A DNA stretch of 64,000 nt, taken from the NCBI GenBank assembly GCA_002189035.1, contig CM007989.1, positions 5,704,001 to 5,768,000 of the forward strand, in the 5' to 3' direction. Below, piece by piece: positions 1-13,140 of the stretch. Each line of letters begins with the position of its first letter. Position 1 is the first letter of the stretch. The translations under genes and the position numbers were made by a program. Source of the stretch: Utricularia gibba (lineage: Eukaryota > Plantae > Magnoliophyta). The notes beneath the pieces are model-generated. The model saw nothing but the letters and a program-made list of their open reading frames with translations. It was not told the origin of the DNA and ran no database searches.

Positions 1-479
1 GAAAACGCTCTTGGGAGAGAAAATCTTTCTACAACAAAAGAATTCTCCAGCCAAATAAAGACTCCAAAGCAGATGCATGTTCACTGCTTGAAATATTCTA
101 GAAAAAAAAAGAATTATATAGACAACAAATGTTTTCCTTTCTTTATTCACATTAGTCTTGCGTACCAATCATAATTAGTTGCATTTGTTGCGAAATTCTT
201 TCCTTCTTTTTCACCAACTTTCCTTATCTTTCCTCTGTATTCAGACTTATAATTCTCGTCTTGTCCCTATACTCATAACAACTTTGTAGACTGGTCAGAT
301 AATGTGGCCCAACCCAAATGGGCTGGACACACATGGGCTTGGAGGAACAATAAAACCACCCTATATTTGGACTAAGGGAAAAATGACCCAAATCATGTTT
401 TTACTGAAAATAATTTGACTATCGCACATTTTGACATTTTCCATATTCTACTTCACATAATCCTAAGACTTCAACAATG

Positions 480-900
480 AAATTGACTCAAATACGTTGA
501 AATATGATGCAATATCATTCACCCTTTTCCCAAGAATTCAGACTCTTCTAGCAAGCTAGTTCCTAATGGAAGCAAAGTGCTTGACAATGGCAAGGTAACT
601 TTCATTACAATTGTTTTCTCTCTTTAGGCATAATTCCAACATGATGAGTAATTTAATGTACATGAGAGAGTTCCAATAAAAAAAAAGCCAACTAAGCGAA
701 ACACCTCAAGGTTTCTCAAGGTTTTCTCCACGTGCACATTAGCCACTGGTTGAACACTCACTTATATCTCACCAATACCTTTAATAAGTTCTCAAATACC
801 AATATTGAGAGATTTTAACCCCCTCCTTTGCAAGTTGAAGATGAAAGATTGGGAAAATTAGATTTGATGAATTGCTATGACCCATATTCATATCAAGTCT
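480..900 (-). mobile_element. Highly decayed Ty1/copia reverse-transcriptase remnant
   Basis: Minus-strand translation gives fragments such as LQLAKEGVKISQY, resembling the copia RT GI.ISQRKY region; many stops. Boundaries approximate. Confidence 0.35.
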
Positions 901-1329
901 AGAGATGAATGAAAAACAACATTTAAAACTCAAGAGGGATTGTTTGAATGCCAAGTAATGCCTTTTGGCTCAATCAATGTGCCAAGCACAACTATGTGGG
1001 TAATGAATAAGCTCTTTTGATCGTATGATCCTTAATTTTTTATTTTGATGATATCCTTATTTATTTCACTATTAGAAATGCTCATGTCTAGCATATTTGG
1101 GAGGTACAAAAAATGATGCAATAGGAGGAATTCTATGCATCTAGTATAAAATGTCTCTACTTTATGTCAAGAGTACTATTTCCTATCTATATTAGAGGTG
1201 TATTTTGCTAAGGTGACCATCATCCAAACTTAGCCAGAACCCACTTCTATTATATAGGTATACAGTTTTGATGAACTAGTCTCTTTTTATTGATGTTTCA
1301 TTTCCTAGTTTAGTTCTAAGTTGCTTCCG

Positions 1330-2488
1330 GTGATGGATTGCCTCAAGGAGGTAACTTTTGAGTGGACTTCTAAAGTTGAGGATGATTTCAATGATATCTA
1401 GAAAGTATTGACTACTGTCCTAATACTTATTCTATCTAATTATGGAAAGCCCTTTGAATTATTTCGTGATGCTTCTAGGGTGGGAATAGGGGGAGTATTA
1501 AGTTATGGAGGTCATCCCATTATAGTACTAATTAGAGACGACTTTATGCTCTCATTCAAGGTATAGAGTATTAGAGACACTATTTGTTCAATCAAGACTT
1601 TGTCTTATGGATAAACCACGACTCACAAAACCATCTACAAACGTAAATGAAAATCTAAGCTTCTCATGCCAAGTGGTTTTCTTTTCTTTAGCAATTTACA
1701 TTTGCAATTAAATATAAAGTAGGCTCATCTAATAGAGTGTCTTATGCTTTAATTTGTTAGAGAACTTGTTTGAGTACCTTTCAAGTACAAGTTGTGGGCT
1801 ACGAGGAGATTCCAAAACTCTACTATGTTGATTTTTTTTTTGCATCGATTATTAAAACACATGAATGAAGGACAATTTAATGAGTTTGTTTTCTACTCTA
1901 GGGTACATCCTTGTACATTCTTGAGTCTAGTCTTTGATTAAAGTTGATCCAAGGTGTCCATCATAAAGGACATATGGGATGAGATTGCACCATGAACTTA
2001 ATGCGGAATCATACTTTTGACCTCATCAGAAGTGAGAGGTTTCTTGATCTATTGAATAGAGTCAGGTATGCCAACATTCTAAAGAAGGGTTCTCTAATGT
2101 TGGATCTTCCTTTACCCATACCTTAGGATTGCCTCAAATGGTACGAGAGTTTGATTTGATCTTCATAGTTATAGATTGTTTTTCCAAGATGATGCACTTT
2201 ATTGCATGCAAAAATACCATTGATGCTAATTTGATCATCCAACTATTTTTTTGTGAGATTTATCGATTACATGAACTTCCTCGCACTATTTTCAATGATT
2301 GAGACACTCACTTTCTTAATCACTTCTGATATAGCTTGTTGAAATTAGTTAAAACCACATTGAATTTTAGCAATGCTTATCATCCTAAGACTATTGGGTA
2401 GATTGAAATCATTCATAGAACATTGAGTAGTCTCTTACTTTGCCAATGTTAGAGCTAGCATCTAAGACATAATTGCCTACAATCATAG
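1330..2488 (+). mobile_element. Degenerate Ty3/gypsy (chromovirus-like) pol: RNase H and integrase core
   Basis: FELFRDASRVGIGGVLSYGGHPI (RNase H, from 1453); YALIQGIEY*RHYLFNQDFVLWINHDS; LGLPQMVREFDLIFIVIDCFSKMMHFIACK...EIYRLHELPRTIFND*DTHF...NFSNAYHPKTIG (integrase). Multiple stops and frameshifts. Confidence 0.85.
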
Positions 2489-3625
2489 TGTTAACCCATG
2501 GGGTTCAAGTTACGCGCTGCGGAAGGTGGGAAACACAAAAATTTTCCCTTTTCGTAACCAGTGATATCTCATATCGCCAATAGCATTGAAACTATGATGC
2601 CTCTAGCTCGTCCACACGAACTAGAAATAAATCCGACTAGGTTAAAACCAACAAATGTATCACATAAATTTTGCCCAAAATATGTTTAAACCATCTCATG
2701 GAATAAACATCCATCTGATGCCAATATCTCATATTTGCACCAAAATCTAATTCAACTCTTGAATCAATATGTTGGGAAAAACAAAGTGAAGCCAATGCTA
2801 ATATCTCATATTAACACTGACTATCAACCTCGAAGAAACACGGAGGACAAGCGAAGAAAATTACCAAACTCAAAACCAGAGTCGAGTTCTCTTTTTCGTA
2901 TCGCTATTCACCGGTCTCATTTCTTGCTTTATCGCTTTACCTCTTCTGGAGCTTGAACACCTCTTCCCAGAAGAAGAACTCCAAAAGCTTAGGAAGTAGG
3001 TCAACTGCCTCCTATTTATAGCCAAGCACTAGCACACATTTTAATGCGGCACGCTTTTCAATATAGGCTAATAAATGTGGGCTTGGGCCTTAAGAATATG
3101 GGATTGGGCCTAGTGACCCAAAACATCAGCCCATACTATTTGGGCCTTGGTTATCAATACGGGCCTGAGCCCATATAACCAATATTTAACCAACTTGTGA
3201 TCCAAGTTTAAAGACATGCTAGAGTCTACCAAAACTCGAATCACAAGCGTCTCAGACAATTTCTAATTCTTAGTGTGTGTGACTTATTTGGTTCATTTTT
3301 AATCGGCAATGAGAGGTGAGAAATCTCATTTCTCTAGCAACGATATTGTCCCAATATATCGTGTCTCTCATAAAATATTAGGGATGCCTAGCATAGTATA
3401 TTGTATTTACCCGATTACAACTGAATACAATATTCAATGATGAACCTTGATTGCTATCCTTATGAATATCCCTTCATTAGAGACTTCGATCTAGAATGGA
3501 ATCATGGATAGTCAAATTCCATTTCAACTAGATCAACAACATTATCCTGAGTACATGTTTCAACGGCAAAACGTCGATGCTTCTCTACCATGAGCACTAA
3601 TGTACTTAAAAAAAATCTAGTAACA
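2489..3625. mobile_element. Solo-LTR-like insertion splitting the gypsy integrase
   Basis: Begins TGTTA and ends TAACA (5-bp terminal inverted repeat); CTATTTATA at about 3012. Integrase homology stops at FAYNHSVN on the left and resumes at VKYHLESTNARYK on the right. No TSD; about 50 integrase codons appear to be missing at the junction. Confidence 0.5.
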
Positions 3626-3880
3626 GGTAAAGTATCATTTGGAGAGTACTAATGCTCGATATAAGGCTACAGCTAAATATCATCACAAAGTTCAAGAATT
3701 TCATGTAGACTTGGTTCAGGTGTTAATTTTAAAACAATCCTATTTGGCTCACCTCTACCACAAAATGACAAGCAAAAAGATTGGTGCTAATGAGAATCTA
3801 GAGGAAATCAATTCTAATGCATACAAGTGAAGCTCCAACTAGTTTTTTCTTACCCTATATGTTTTTAATGTTTGCCACTT
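3626..3880 (+). mobile_element. C-terminal part of the interrupted gypsy integrase
   Basis: ESTNARYKATAKYHHKVQEFHVDLVQVLILKQSYLAHLYHKMTSKKIGA...INSNAY resembles the gypsy integrase tail (SNAKYK..D.HRR.KEF.VGD.V...KIGP...I.SNAY). Confidence 0.75.
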
Positions 3881-4335
3881 GTTCCCCCTTTTTTGGGTCT
3901 GAAGCAACCTTTGAATTCAAAGATGAATTCTTCTTACACCAAACTTACACTATATCTCATTCACCTAGCTTTTGAAAGGTTAATGGAGATTATGCAAATT
4001 TAGAATTTTCTTTCAAACACCTTCTTTTTTATCACCTTCACGTAGTATTGGATTGTGGATTAGAGGTCGAGCTAATCTACATTGAGAACTCTCTCTAGAT
4101 TTTTTCAAGGATGCTAAGATGCTATGTTGTTATTTGAAGTTCATATTGTTTTTTTTTCTATTTCCTCCAGTGAGTCTTGGAAGTTAATCATTCCTTGAAA
4201 ACCTTGTCCAAACTTCTTCTATTGATTGAGAATGAATTTCTGTCATCACCTTTTTGAAATTCAATCATCCAATTTCAAGAACATACATTGTGTATCTTAT
4301 TCCTGAAAACTTGCATCACTTAGCCTCCCCATAAA

Positions 4336-4537
4336 TGAAGAAGGTTATGTAGGAGGTTTCGAATCCAAACACTAAGATGAACGATGAGGGTTTTGATCAC
4401 TAATTATTTTGATGTAAAAAAATGTACAAAGGTTGCAAATAAATAGTCATTGAAAAAAACTAAAAAACTCGATTGATTATCTTTCCATAACTTAGCTGAT
4501 CCTCTTTTCCATTTCATTGCATGATTTCTTCATATAG
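4336..4537 (-). repeat. 3' LTR of the copia element (homologous to 7970-8170)
   Basis: Shared blocks GAAGAAGGTTATG, GGTTTTGATCACTAAT, AAAAATGTACAAAG, AAACTCGATTGAT and TTGCATGATTTCT-CATATAG occur in both copies. Confidence 0.75.
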
Positions 4538-4572
4538 AAAAGAGGATCAGCTAAGTTATGGAAAGATAATCA
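4474..4572. repeat. Perfect 36-bp inverted repeat with a 27-nt loop
   Basis: TGATTATCTTTCCATAACTTAGCTGATCCTCTTTTC (4474-4509) is the exact reverse complement of 4537-4572. Confidence 0.95.
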
Positions 4573-7500
4573 TAGAGTCAAGATGAACTTGAATGTCTTT
4601 TAGTAGAAACTGCAACCAAGTCACTTCTGCAACTGTGTGTACCATGGCCCTATATTCTATTTATGTGCTAGATTGTGAAACAATTAGCTGCTTTGTGGAG
4701 CTTCAGGAGATACGGTTTCATACATGTAAGACAATTGTATCTTGTAACTAATCCCAATGTGAGTGGAGAAATTACCCAATTTGCATCTGAAAAAGCCTTC
4801 AAGCATAGGGGTGACTCCTTCTAGTAGGAAATCCCAAAGTGTTGGGTCGTCTTCACATATTTGAGTATCCATAGTGCCAATTGCTGATAATAGGAGGAAG
4901 GGGACTGCATGAATTGACTCACAAAGTTCACACTGTAATTAATGTCTGGGCATGTGAATGTGAGGTATTGCAATGCCTTAACTAGTACTCTGTATATCTA
5001 GGGTGATTTTGCTCTTCTTTGATCCCTTTTGGCCCCAAAGGGATTGTGCCGTAATGCTCTATGTAAAGTGTATACTTTGAATTTGCCTTTATTATCCCTC
5101 TTTGAGACTAGGTTGTCATGGCATGTGAAGGTTATTGAGAAGGCATTTCAATTACAAGAGGTGCATCATGGAATTCTCATACCTCAAAGGTGTTGAATGG
5201 TTCTTCACCACTAGTTATTGTTCCTTGAGTGACATAATTTGTTGAGGGCAACAAGTTTCGAACAAGTAGTGAAGGAGCTTCAACAGTTTCCATGATCACA
5301 TTGCCTCAAACTCATCATAATCAATAGTGGCAGGAGGTGCGTTGAGTTCATATCCAATGAAAGTTCAATCACCAGATGGAGTATTAGGCATCATGGTCAT
5401 TTAAGAAACAGTTGGAATTTCTATATTAACTTCACCCAAAGGGCTATTCATAGAGGCATGATGATCAAGAATAGCTAGAGTTTTAGCGTTCGTTGGTGGA
5501 GTCAAATTTCCTTTGCTAGGTGAGGTGTGGTCGACTGCACTTGTGACAAGTGGATGAAGTCATCGAATTCTCGCGCATCTCTGGTGTGTCCTAGGCTCAT
5601 ATTTCAAATAGGTTAGATACAATGTTAGGGTGCACTGGTGATTTATCACATGAACAGTAAGGTAAAGATTTTTCATCAAATGACATGATAGGAAATTTTG
5701 ATCGTCATTGTAGCCTACAAACATGCACAAAGAAGTTTTGGATGAGAAATTATTTTTTTTAGAATTCAATAAATATGAAAAACATTTGGAACAAAAAATT
5801 CGTATGGAATAATCAAGATTAGAGACAAAAAGTATTGAAAAAAGAGACTCCCATTTTAGTGAAGGAGATAGTAGACAATTTTGGAGGTATACAATTGTGC
5901 TAAAGGTTTCCATCCATAGTACAAGTGATAGGCCATTGTGGAAAACCAATGTCATTCCATGTTCACAGATAGTTTCATGTCTCCTTTCAACCATTTCTAT
6001 TTGTTCATGTGTATATGAGCATGAAAAATGGTGGACCATACCTGTCATTGAAAAATGAGACTTAAGAGACTTATTAACAAACTCACCTCCATTGTAATTT
6101 GAAGTATCTTTGTTTGTTTTCCAAATTTTTGAGCTACATATGCTTCAAATTGATGAAAGATAATTGAAAAAATCACTTTTTTGGCATAGTGGAAAGAACT
6201 ACATAAAATGGGAAAAATCATTTACCAAACATGCATAATAACAGAAATCACTATGTGAAAGTATCGAGAATGATCACCAAATATCACAATAAATTTTCTC
6301 AAAAGTAGTGAATGAGACATAGTCAGAATTAAAAACGTAACTTCGACATTTTCCCATATTGATAGTTATCACAGAAGATATGATAGCTTGACTTGATGAC
6401 TATGATCAAGCCTTTATTTCTTAGATGTGGACCATAGAGTCTTGTGGATAACCAAGCATTAATGCCAAACCCTGAGTTGGCATGATTTGAAATGAATTGA
6501 ACGAAGAGCTTGTGGAGGAGGGTAGGAAAATTACCAAATGTGGATTCAATTGAATCCTTTTTCTCTTATTCTTGCATTACTTAGATCCTTTCCATTATGA
6601 ACCTATAGACTTAATTGGATTGACCCACTCGTCCTAACAAACCCAACTTAGGAAACGATATTTGTTCTATAGCTCCTAATGCAATTCTAATTGCCCTCAA
6701 ATTGGTGAACCCTAATCGAAGAATAGCAAATGTTGAGCAGTCGGTCTCGATATAGTGTGGCATCCAGCAAGAAGTCAAAAAAGAGGATGAAAGTGGAAGA
6801 TGTTTCCCACGTTGCTTACTTGTGCTGCCATCAGAGCTATTCGTTGCTTTTCCCAATCTCAATGAACACTGCGACGGAAGGGACGAAAGAAAATTAGTAA
6901 ATAAAACCTTGAAACAGAATGTAAGTGATTTTTGTGGTATAAATGTGTCAAACTACACTTTTAGCCTTTGATTTAATGAAGCTAAATGGAACTTAATGTC
7001 AAAGGACACCTATGAAACCACATTTACTTCATAGGAATTAAATTGGCACCACTTCAAAAATAGGAACAAAATCACCTTGACATGGGAAGCATTAGGGACT
7101 AAATCAACTTTGTGGCCATGCTTTATGACATATAATCCTCCTCGATACTATCTTGTGATTCTATGCTTTCCTATTTTCCGATCCTTCACAAAGAACCTAG
7201 CATGAGTAAATTCACAATCAATAGATTGTTGAATAGTTAATTGTGAAATGGAAAGTTTTTTTAGTTGTGGAACATATAAAACATCAAATAAAGAGAGTGA
7301 AGAATCATCCTATCTTATTATTGTTGTACCAGCGCCATTTATGGGAAGTGCCCATCCATCACCAACAAGGATACCATCATCACCTTGGTATGATCTTAAA
7401 TTATTGAACATGGTAGGTTACACTAATATCTACCATCCATTTAGTTTCATTGAGAGTATTATTAAGAATGAGATTTGCAAATGTTTGTGAAATGGTGCTC

Positions 7501-7955
7501 AATTTTGATTCTGCTTGTGGTCCTGGAAGTTGCCAATGGATCTTTGCAATATGACCCTATACATCACCAATTTGGCTACCTTATTCTTGTATTGTTCTTA
7601 CTCTTCATGGCTCATCTCTTTCCCAGAGGCGGTGGTTGCGTGCAGTTTTGTCGCCCACTTGGTGTTGCTGTGGTTGGGCATTTTGTGATGTACCATGTGG
7701 CATCATAATGTTGGATTCTTGCCCAATAGGAATTGGAGTAAATTGAAGGGATTCAGCGATCTCTCCGAAGAGGTAGCAATCGAGTCCCTAGTTTTCTACA
7801 AGGCCCATACCCATCTACTTCCATAGATGATAGTTTGTGCTATTGAGTTTTATGGTAATAGAATTTCTGTCCTTGATGTTACTGAAGGACACCATTGAGA
7901 AGTAGTGTGCGGAAGTGTGCAAGGATGAAAAACCCAGTTGTGTCAACAACTGGTT

Positions 7956-7967
7956 GCTTAGATACCA
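7956..7967 (-). promoter_or_regulatory. Degenerate tRNA-Met(i) primer binding site of the copia element
   Basis: Minus strand reads TGGTATCTAAGC (2 mismatches to TGGTATCAGAGC), 2 nt from the LTR edge. Confidence 0.55.
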
Positions 7968-7969
7968 AA

Positions 7970-8200
7970 AGAAGAAGGTTATGGTGGAAATTGGGAATCA
8001 GAACATCAAAATGATTGGTGAAGGTTTTGATCACTAATTTTTGTGACGTAAAAAAAATGTACAAAGATTATAAATAAATAGACATTGAAAAAAGATAGAA
8101 AACTCGATTGATCATCATTTTATGACTCAGTCGATACTATTTTCATATCCTTGCATGATTTCTCCATATAGTAAAGTAGATTGATGTCTAGCACAATCCA
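7970..8200 (-). repeat. 5' LTR of the copia element
   Basis: Homologous to 4336-4537 and adjacent to the PBS; right edge approximate. Confidence 0.7.
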
Positions 8201-8801
8201 CACATCAAGTAGATAGAATCACCTTCCATCTCTTCACATCTCAGAATCAATTTTTTTATTTCTACCATTTTCATTATTTTTACATTGATTCTATTCTTCA
8301 TTACCCCCTAGTGATCATGTTGTCGCATACTCATCAACTTTTTGCTTATTGCACTTTGACCAACTCAAATAAAAGAAGTGTCTTTCCTTTCTTTGTAACA
8401 ATATCCTCGCCTAGCAATAATATATTTCCTAATTCTAGTAAAAACTCATTGAGCGCCCTCAAGCAGCTTGAGAGGATGACAATCCATTACCTCTTATTGA
8501 GCAAATCCATCACAAGGTATACCTTTGTCGGGGTGGGTTTTATTAGAATTGTTCAGCATTCCCAATCCCACATTAAGTTTCTTTCAATGAATTTTGGTGA
8601 CAGAAATCTTTTATTTATATCACAAATATAACAACACCTTTTCCAGCATTTTTTTGGCTTTTAGTTTCGTAGTGACAACACAAACGTGGGACTAGACAAG
8701 CAATCCACAATTCACTATTCAGTGCTGAGAGACAACCGATACGTATAAACATGTGCGATATGAAGAACGCCGTCTTGCATCATGCGTGAACGAACTATGA
8801 A

Positions 8802-10291
8802 TCAGTGAAACCTGACCACGATGCAGGAGATGTCATCCTTGCTCTTCCTGGACACCGCCTCGTCGATCAAGCGCTTGGCGGCGGAACGAGGCTCTTTCAT
8901 GTTTTTAATAACTTCCACGGCTTCCTCGTTAGACATCACCTGCAACCATGGCATCAAATCATAGCAGTGAAGACAAATAGGAACTCCTACGTCATAGCAG
9001 TAGCAGCAGCAGTGGCCACGAAAACAACCTTCCACAATCCGTCGCTGGCCAAAACAATGAACTCCACGTCGTCATCTATCATTTGCACGACTATGTCAGG
9101 TTCCGAAGAAAGGTGCTTCTTCAAGCTCTTATCACCAAAAGCCCTCGCCACAGCTAGCAGCCCGTCGACTCGCGGGACATCACCTTCGATAATGGAATGA
9201 ATGGATTCTTAAGAGGATAGAAATATATGAAGGAAGGGTGGTGCTGCTACCTGGGAATTTAGATACGAATCCACCTTTGCTTTCAATAAGCTTCTTTTCG
9301 ATGCTTGGTTCATGATCAACCGAAAGCTGTATAGCAGCACCTTTTTTGCAGAGAACCGCCCTGGAGTCACCTACATTTGCAATTACAAGTTTCTGTCTGT
9401 TGAGCAAGATTGCCGTTACAGCAGTTGATCCACCTCTACCCAACTGGAATGAGTGATCCAGTATTTCCTTATCTGTGGAGGCATAAGCATTCTTCACAGC
9501 TTGCTCTGTGTCTGTCCAAAAATCACGCTGTCCAAGCAACACAACTCCAGGATCACGCATCTTATCATAGAGTGAGGTGGAAATAAATCCCACCATGAAA
9601 TCTACCGAGGACTAAACCAAAATAGATGGGTACTATCTCCCATATAAAATACGTATACTGGATGATATGATGAAACTTTCTCATGGTTGTATTACCTCTT
9701 TGAGAATGTTGTTAAATAGATGGCTTTGCAGATAATCCGCCACATCATGACCCATGTGACCATCGAAGATTGCAAAAAGCCCCAACTCATTGTCACCCGA
9801 TACCTTAACTTCCGATACCAAATAATCCTCCATAGCATGATTTGATTTTCCTTTCACCAGATAGGAGCCATGGGTAATCCGCCTCGAGAATTTGGTTTTC
9901 CCTTTTGCAGCATCCGGCGTCATCGGAGAAGAAAAGCACGCTTTCTTCTAAAAATAGAAGAGATAAGCCGATTCAATAACAACCCCATCATGTTCATCAC
10001 ACAACTTGTCTACTTCAGTTAGGCATTCCATCAAACACCTTAACTGAAAATTTCGGTCTGGTGTGTTACCTTACACCAAATCTAATTCCTTTTTAAAGAA
10101 CTATCAGAAAAAGAAACCAGCTTCTTCTCATCAGCTGACCTTTTACTGCTCACATCCGACAATAAATCCCGGGCACAAGCAATGAGAATTAAAAAAATTG
10201 TAATAAAGTTCAAGTCTATAGCTCCCATCTGATATGAAATCACAAAACAAACACGAACCTTCATCTTGTTGATAATATCTCTTCCGTTCAT
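8802..10291 (-). CDS. PP2C: Protein phosphatase 2C, clade F-like (similar to Arabidopsis PP2C58/PIA1), 284 aa, 5 exons
   Basis: Exons (minus): 10291-10259, 9947-9696, 9527-9251, 9183-9029, 8939-8802; all GT-AG; 855 nt. Motifs MNGRDIINKMK, HAMEDY, LGLFAIFDGH.GH, GGSTAVT, ANVGDSRAV, LSVDHEP, AVARAFGD, LASDGLWKVMSNEEAV, SKDDISCIVVRF. Confidence 0.95.
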
Positions 10292-12639
10292 GGCTGCGAA
10301 ACTCGCTGATCTCCCGAAAGAAGAAGAACTTTGACAAGCAAAAGCAAGTCTTCACGAAATCAGAGCAATAAGATCACGGGCATTCAACTCAAGAATCGAT
10401 GTCCTTGAACTCTCTTTTCTTCTGCCGTCGATTCCTGGTCCAGTGTTTTGGATCAACGGGTGGTGTAAAGGAGTTGACGGAGTCTTCTGCCTCTCTTTTT
10501 CTTTCAATCGTAAGGAGTCTTCGGCTAATGTTGAATAGTTTTTCAGATTTTTCTTATTTCAAAAATAAAATCAAATGTGATTTGGTAACTAATGTTCAGC
10601 TAATATAATCAAACATTCATATAATTTACTCGTTATTTCAAAACTATTATGAAATTTAATATTTTAATGTTTTTAAGAAGAATTTTCATAATATTACATG
10701 GCTTGTTGGTAGATTTATTCAAAGTAGTATAACCGCTATCAAGTGGTAATTCTAAAAAACAAAAAAAAAAAAATCAGAAGTGGTCATACATGAAATTTGA
10801 ATTTTTTTTAAAATTCAAATTTGTATATAAAAAAATATAGGAAAATATTGATTGATATTTCTAGTAATTTTTTGTTTTTTATCATTAATTTTATTTTATG
10901 TATATCTAATGAAATAATTTTTATTTATAATTTTTAAACTAGTAAATTACTGCCTCTTAAATCATTACCATGAGGTTGTTCTAATCTAACCAACACTTTA
11001 AAGTAGGTACTGCATAATCTAACATGTATTTTAGACAACTATATATAAATGATATAAATCATTCTTAGATAGTTAAAGATTGTAATCTATAAGGAAACGC
11101 ATGTACCTATATAGCTCATCTTCTAATGGATAAAGAGCACTAGGAGTACCTTACGAATTTAATTGGATAATCATCCTATTAGATGCATCTCCAAAATTGC
11201 AGCAGACCATGATCACCCAATGTATCCTGATTATAGAATAGTTTGTGTATGTAAGTTACAATTACTACTAGCTATTGAATAGTAAAAATTAAACCTTATA
11301 GGTACACAATTGGCCACACAACCTTTGGACAAGTTAAAAAGGCTGGCCTATTACTAAAAATCCAATGAATTCTCTCGGCATTACCAACCCACATGTTGAA
11401 ATACAATGGGTCAATAAAATCAAACAAGGTGTTCATTTTGAATCTTAGATCTTATATGTCGTAATACTTCAGCAAAATCAAAATCACTTAGTATACCATA
11501 CTTATGAAAACCGGAACTCGTTTTGTGTTGACATTCTTTGTCTTTAGTTTTTTCTCTTGAGCATGATTCACAATTGTGGAGTTACTTGATGATAGAATGA
11601 TGTTTTGACAATTGACAAACCATTGACCTCCTTTTGCAGCCAAGTTAGAGCTCTCAATGCTAGATTCTTTTTCTTGCTTCATTAATGAGGCTTGTGAATG
11701 AGCTACACAATTATGTAAACCAAAAATCAAGCATATCCAAAAAAAAAAAAAATCATCTTTAAGGGGTGCATCCTTTTCAACATCATACCTGCTAGCTTTT
11801 TTATCTTGATCCGTCGTCACCTTATAAGCCATTCCTGTGAAAGGTTCATGTGTTTCTTGTGTATACAAATATGTTAAATGTTAAAACTTTTTTTAAAAAA
11901 TTCTATGTAAAGTTACCCCCTTAGGTGGCACCATTCGAGAAGAAGATGGATCTCTCCCAAAATTTCCTTTTTGGCTCCTTTTTCTAGAAGCATTTTGTTT
12001 ATCCTCCTAAAAGGTACAAATGTTGTGTTCATAATCATATGAGATACTTAACTGTAAACAAATTGCCAAGTTTTAACTTTTTTTTCCCTTTTCACATGTT
12101 TGCATATTGTGCCCCATGAACTCACATGTACGGAAAAATTATAGTTGTCTTGTGCCAGCTTTTTTCTATTTTATGGCCGGTGATTGCTTCTCGTATGGTG
12201 CCCGTTTCCTATAATTTCGTGGCCTACCAGAAGGTGTGATGTGGAACAATGGTGGCAATATAATCTTACCATCCAATATAGTCCATTGTCTACTATTTGG
12301 CATTCCTACACCAACACAAGCATTTATATACAAATACTTTCACATAAATAACAAGCCATTCTATACCATCGGACACTCCTACACCAACGCAAACATTTAT
12401 GTACAAACACCTTCATATAAATAATCATGTAGTCCACTTACCATGTATCAACAATGTTATGTCTCTCTAAAATGGGTGTCATCATACCACTCATGTAATT
12501 AGTCTCTTGGGGTGTCACGCTTAGTGCATATCGCTCGCACGGCATGTTTACATGGAAAACCTAAGATTTGGGATGTTAAAGTGATAATTCAATGTTAGGG
12601 TAGACTAGAAGGAAACAAAATTGTACTTGTGATTTGCTA

Positions 12640-13140
12640 CATCCGGCATGATCAGGTCCAATCTGTTATGTTAATACAATACTAATGCAACCCTTAAACT
12701 CATTCCCAATGCATGGGATCTGTTGAGCATATCCACACTAGATTCCAAAATAGAGTTGCTCTCAATTGTTTACATTGCTAGTGGTGAGTACCATGCCTTC
12801 CACTTAGTAATCTCATCACATCACTTGTTGAATCGATCTGCCATTGTTAATCTAACCTCTTCTAACATCCTTAAGATTGGAAAACGATGTGCAACTAAAA
12901 GCAAAGCATTCCAATATCCTGAAATATTGTTTGTTAAGGCACTACACTTGACATCCTCTGTTAAGTATGCATGAGTCCACCTAGTAAAGTTTATTATGAT
13001 AAGATTCCCATTTGCATTTATGTTCAACCACTCAACTGCCTCCATCTCCATTTTCCATGTAGCTAGTGTGGAAGCTATTGCACACTTCCACACCTACACC
13101 TTGACAACATCTGATTATGCACCAACATTACCTTGTAGAT
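12640..13140 (-). mobile_element. Mutator-like (MULE/MuDR) transposase remnant
   Basis: WKCAIASTLATWKMEME...RWTHAYLTEDVKCSALTNNISGYWNALLLVAHRFPILRMLEEVRLTMADRF matches the MuDR region between the MULE domain and the SWIM finger (HWSRAYF..KCD.L.NN..ESFN..I..AR..PI..MLE.IR). Confidence 0.7.

Larger units (their letters stand above)
4336..8200 (-). mobile_element. Internally deleted Ty1/copia element with both LTRs
   Basis: Read on the minus strand: 5' LTR (about 7970-8200), Met-type primer binding site (PBS, 7956-7967), gag start ITIKLNSTNYHLWK (about 7850), GAG-pre-integrase WH*CLGYPQ, integrase EKIYCDIW...NGGEFVN...HHFSCSYTHEQIEMVERRH (ORF 5560-6048), linker HAMTT*SQRGIIKANSKY, RT C-terminus ALQYLTFTCPDINYSVNFVSQFM, RNase H start, 3' LTR starting TGAAGAAGG at 4336. 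Most of RT is missing. Confidence 0.8.
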
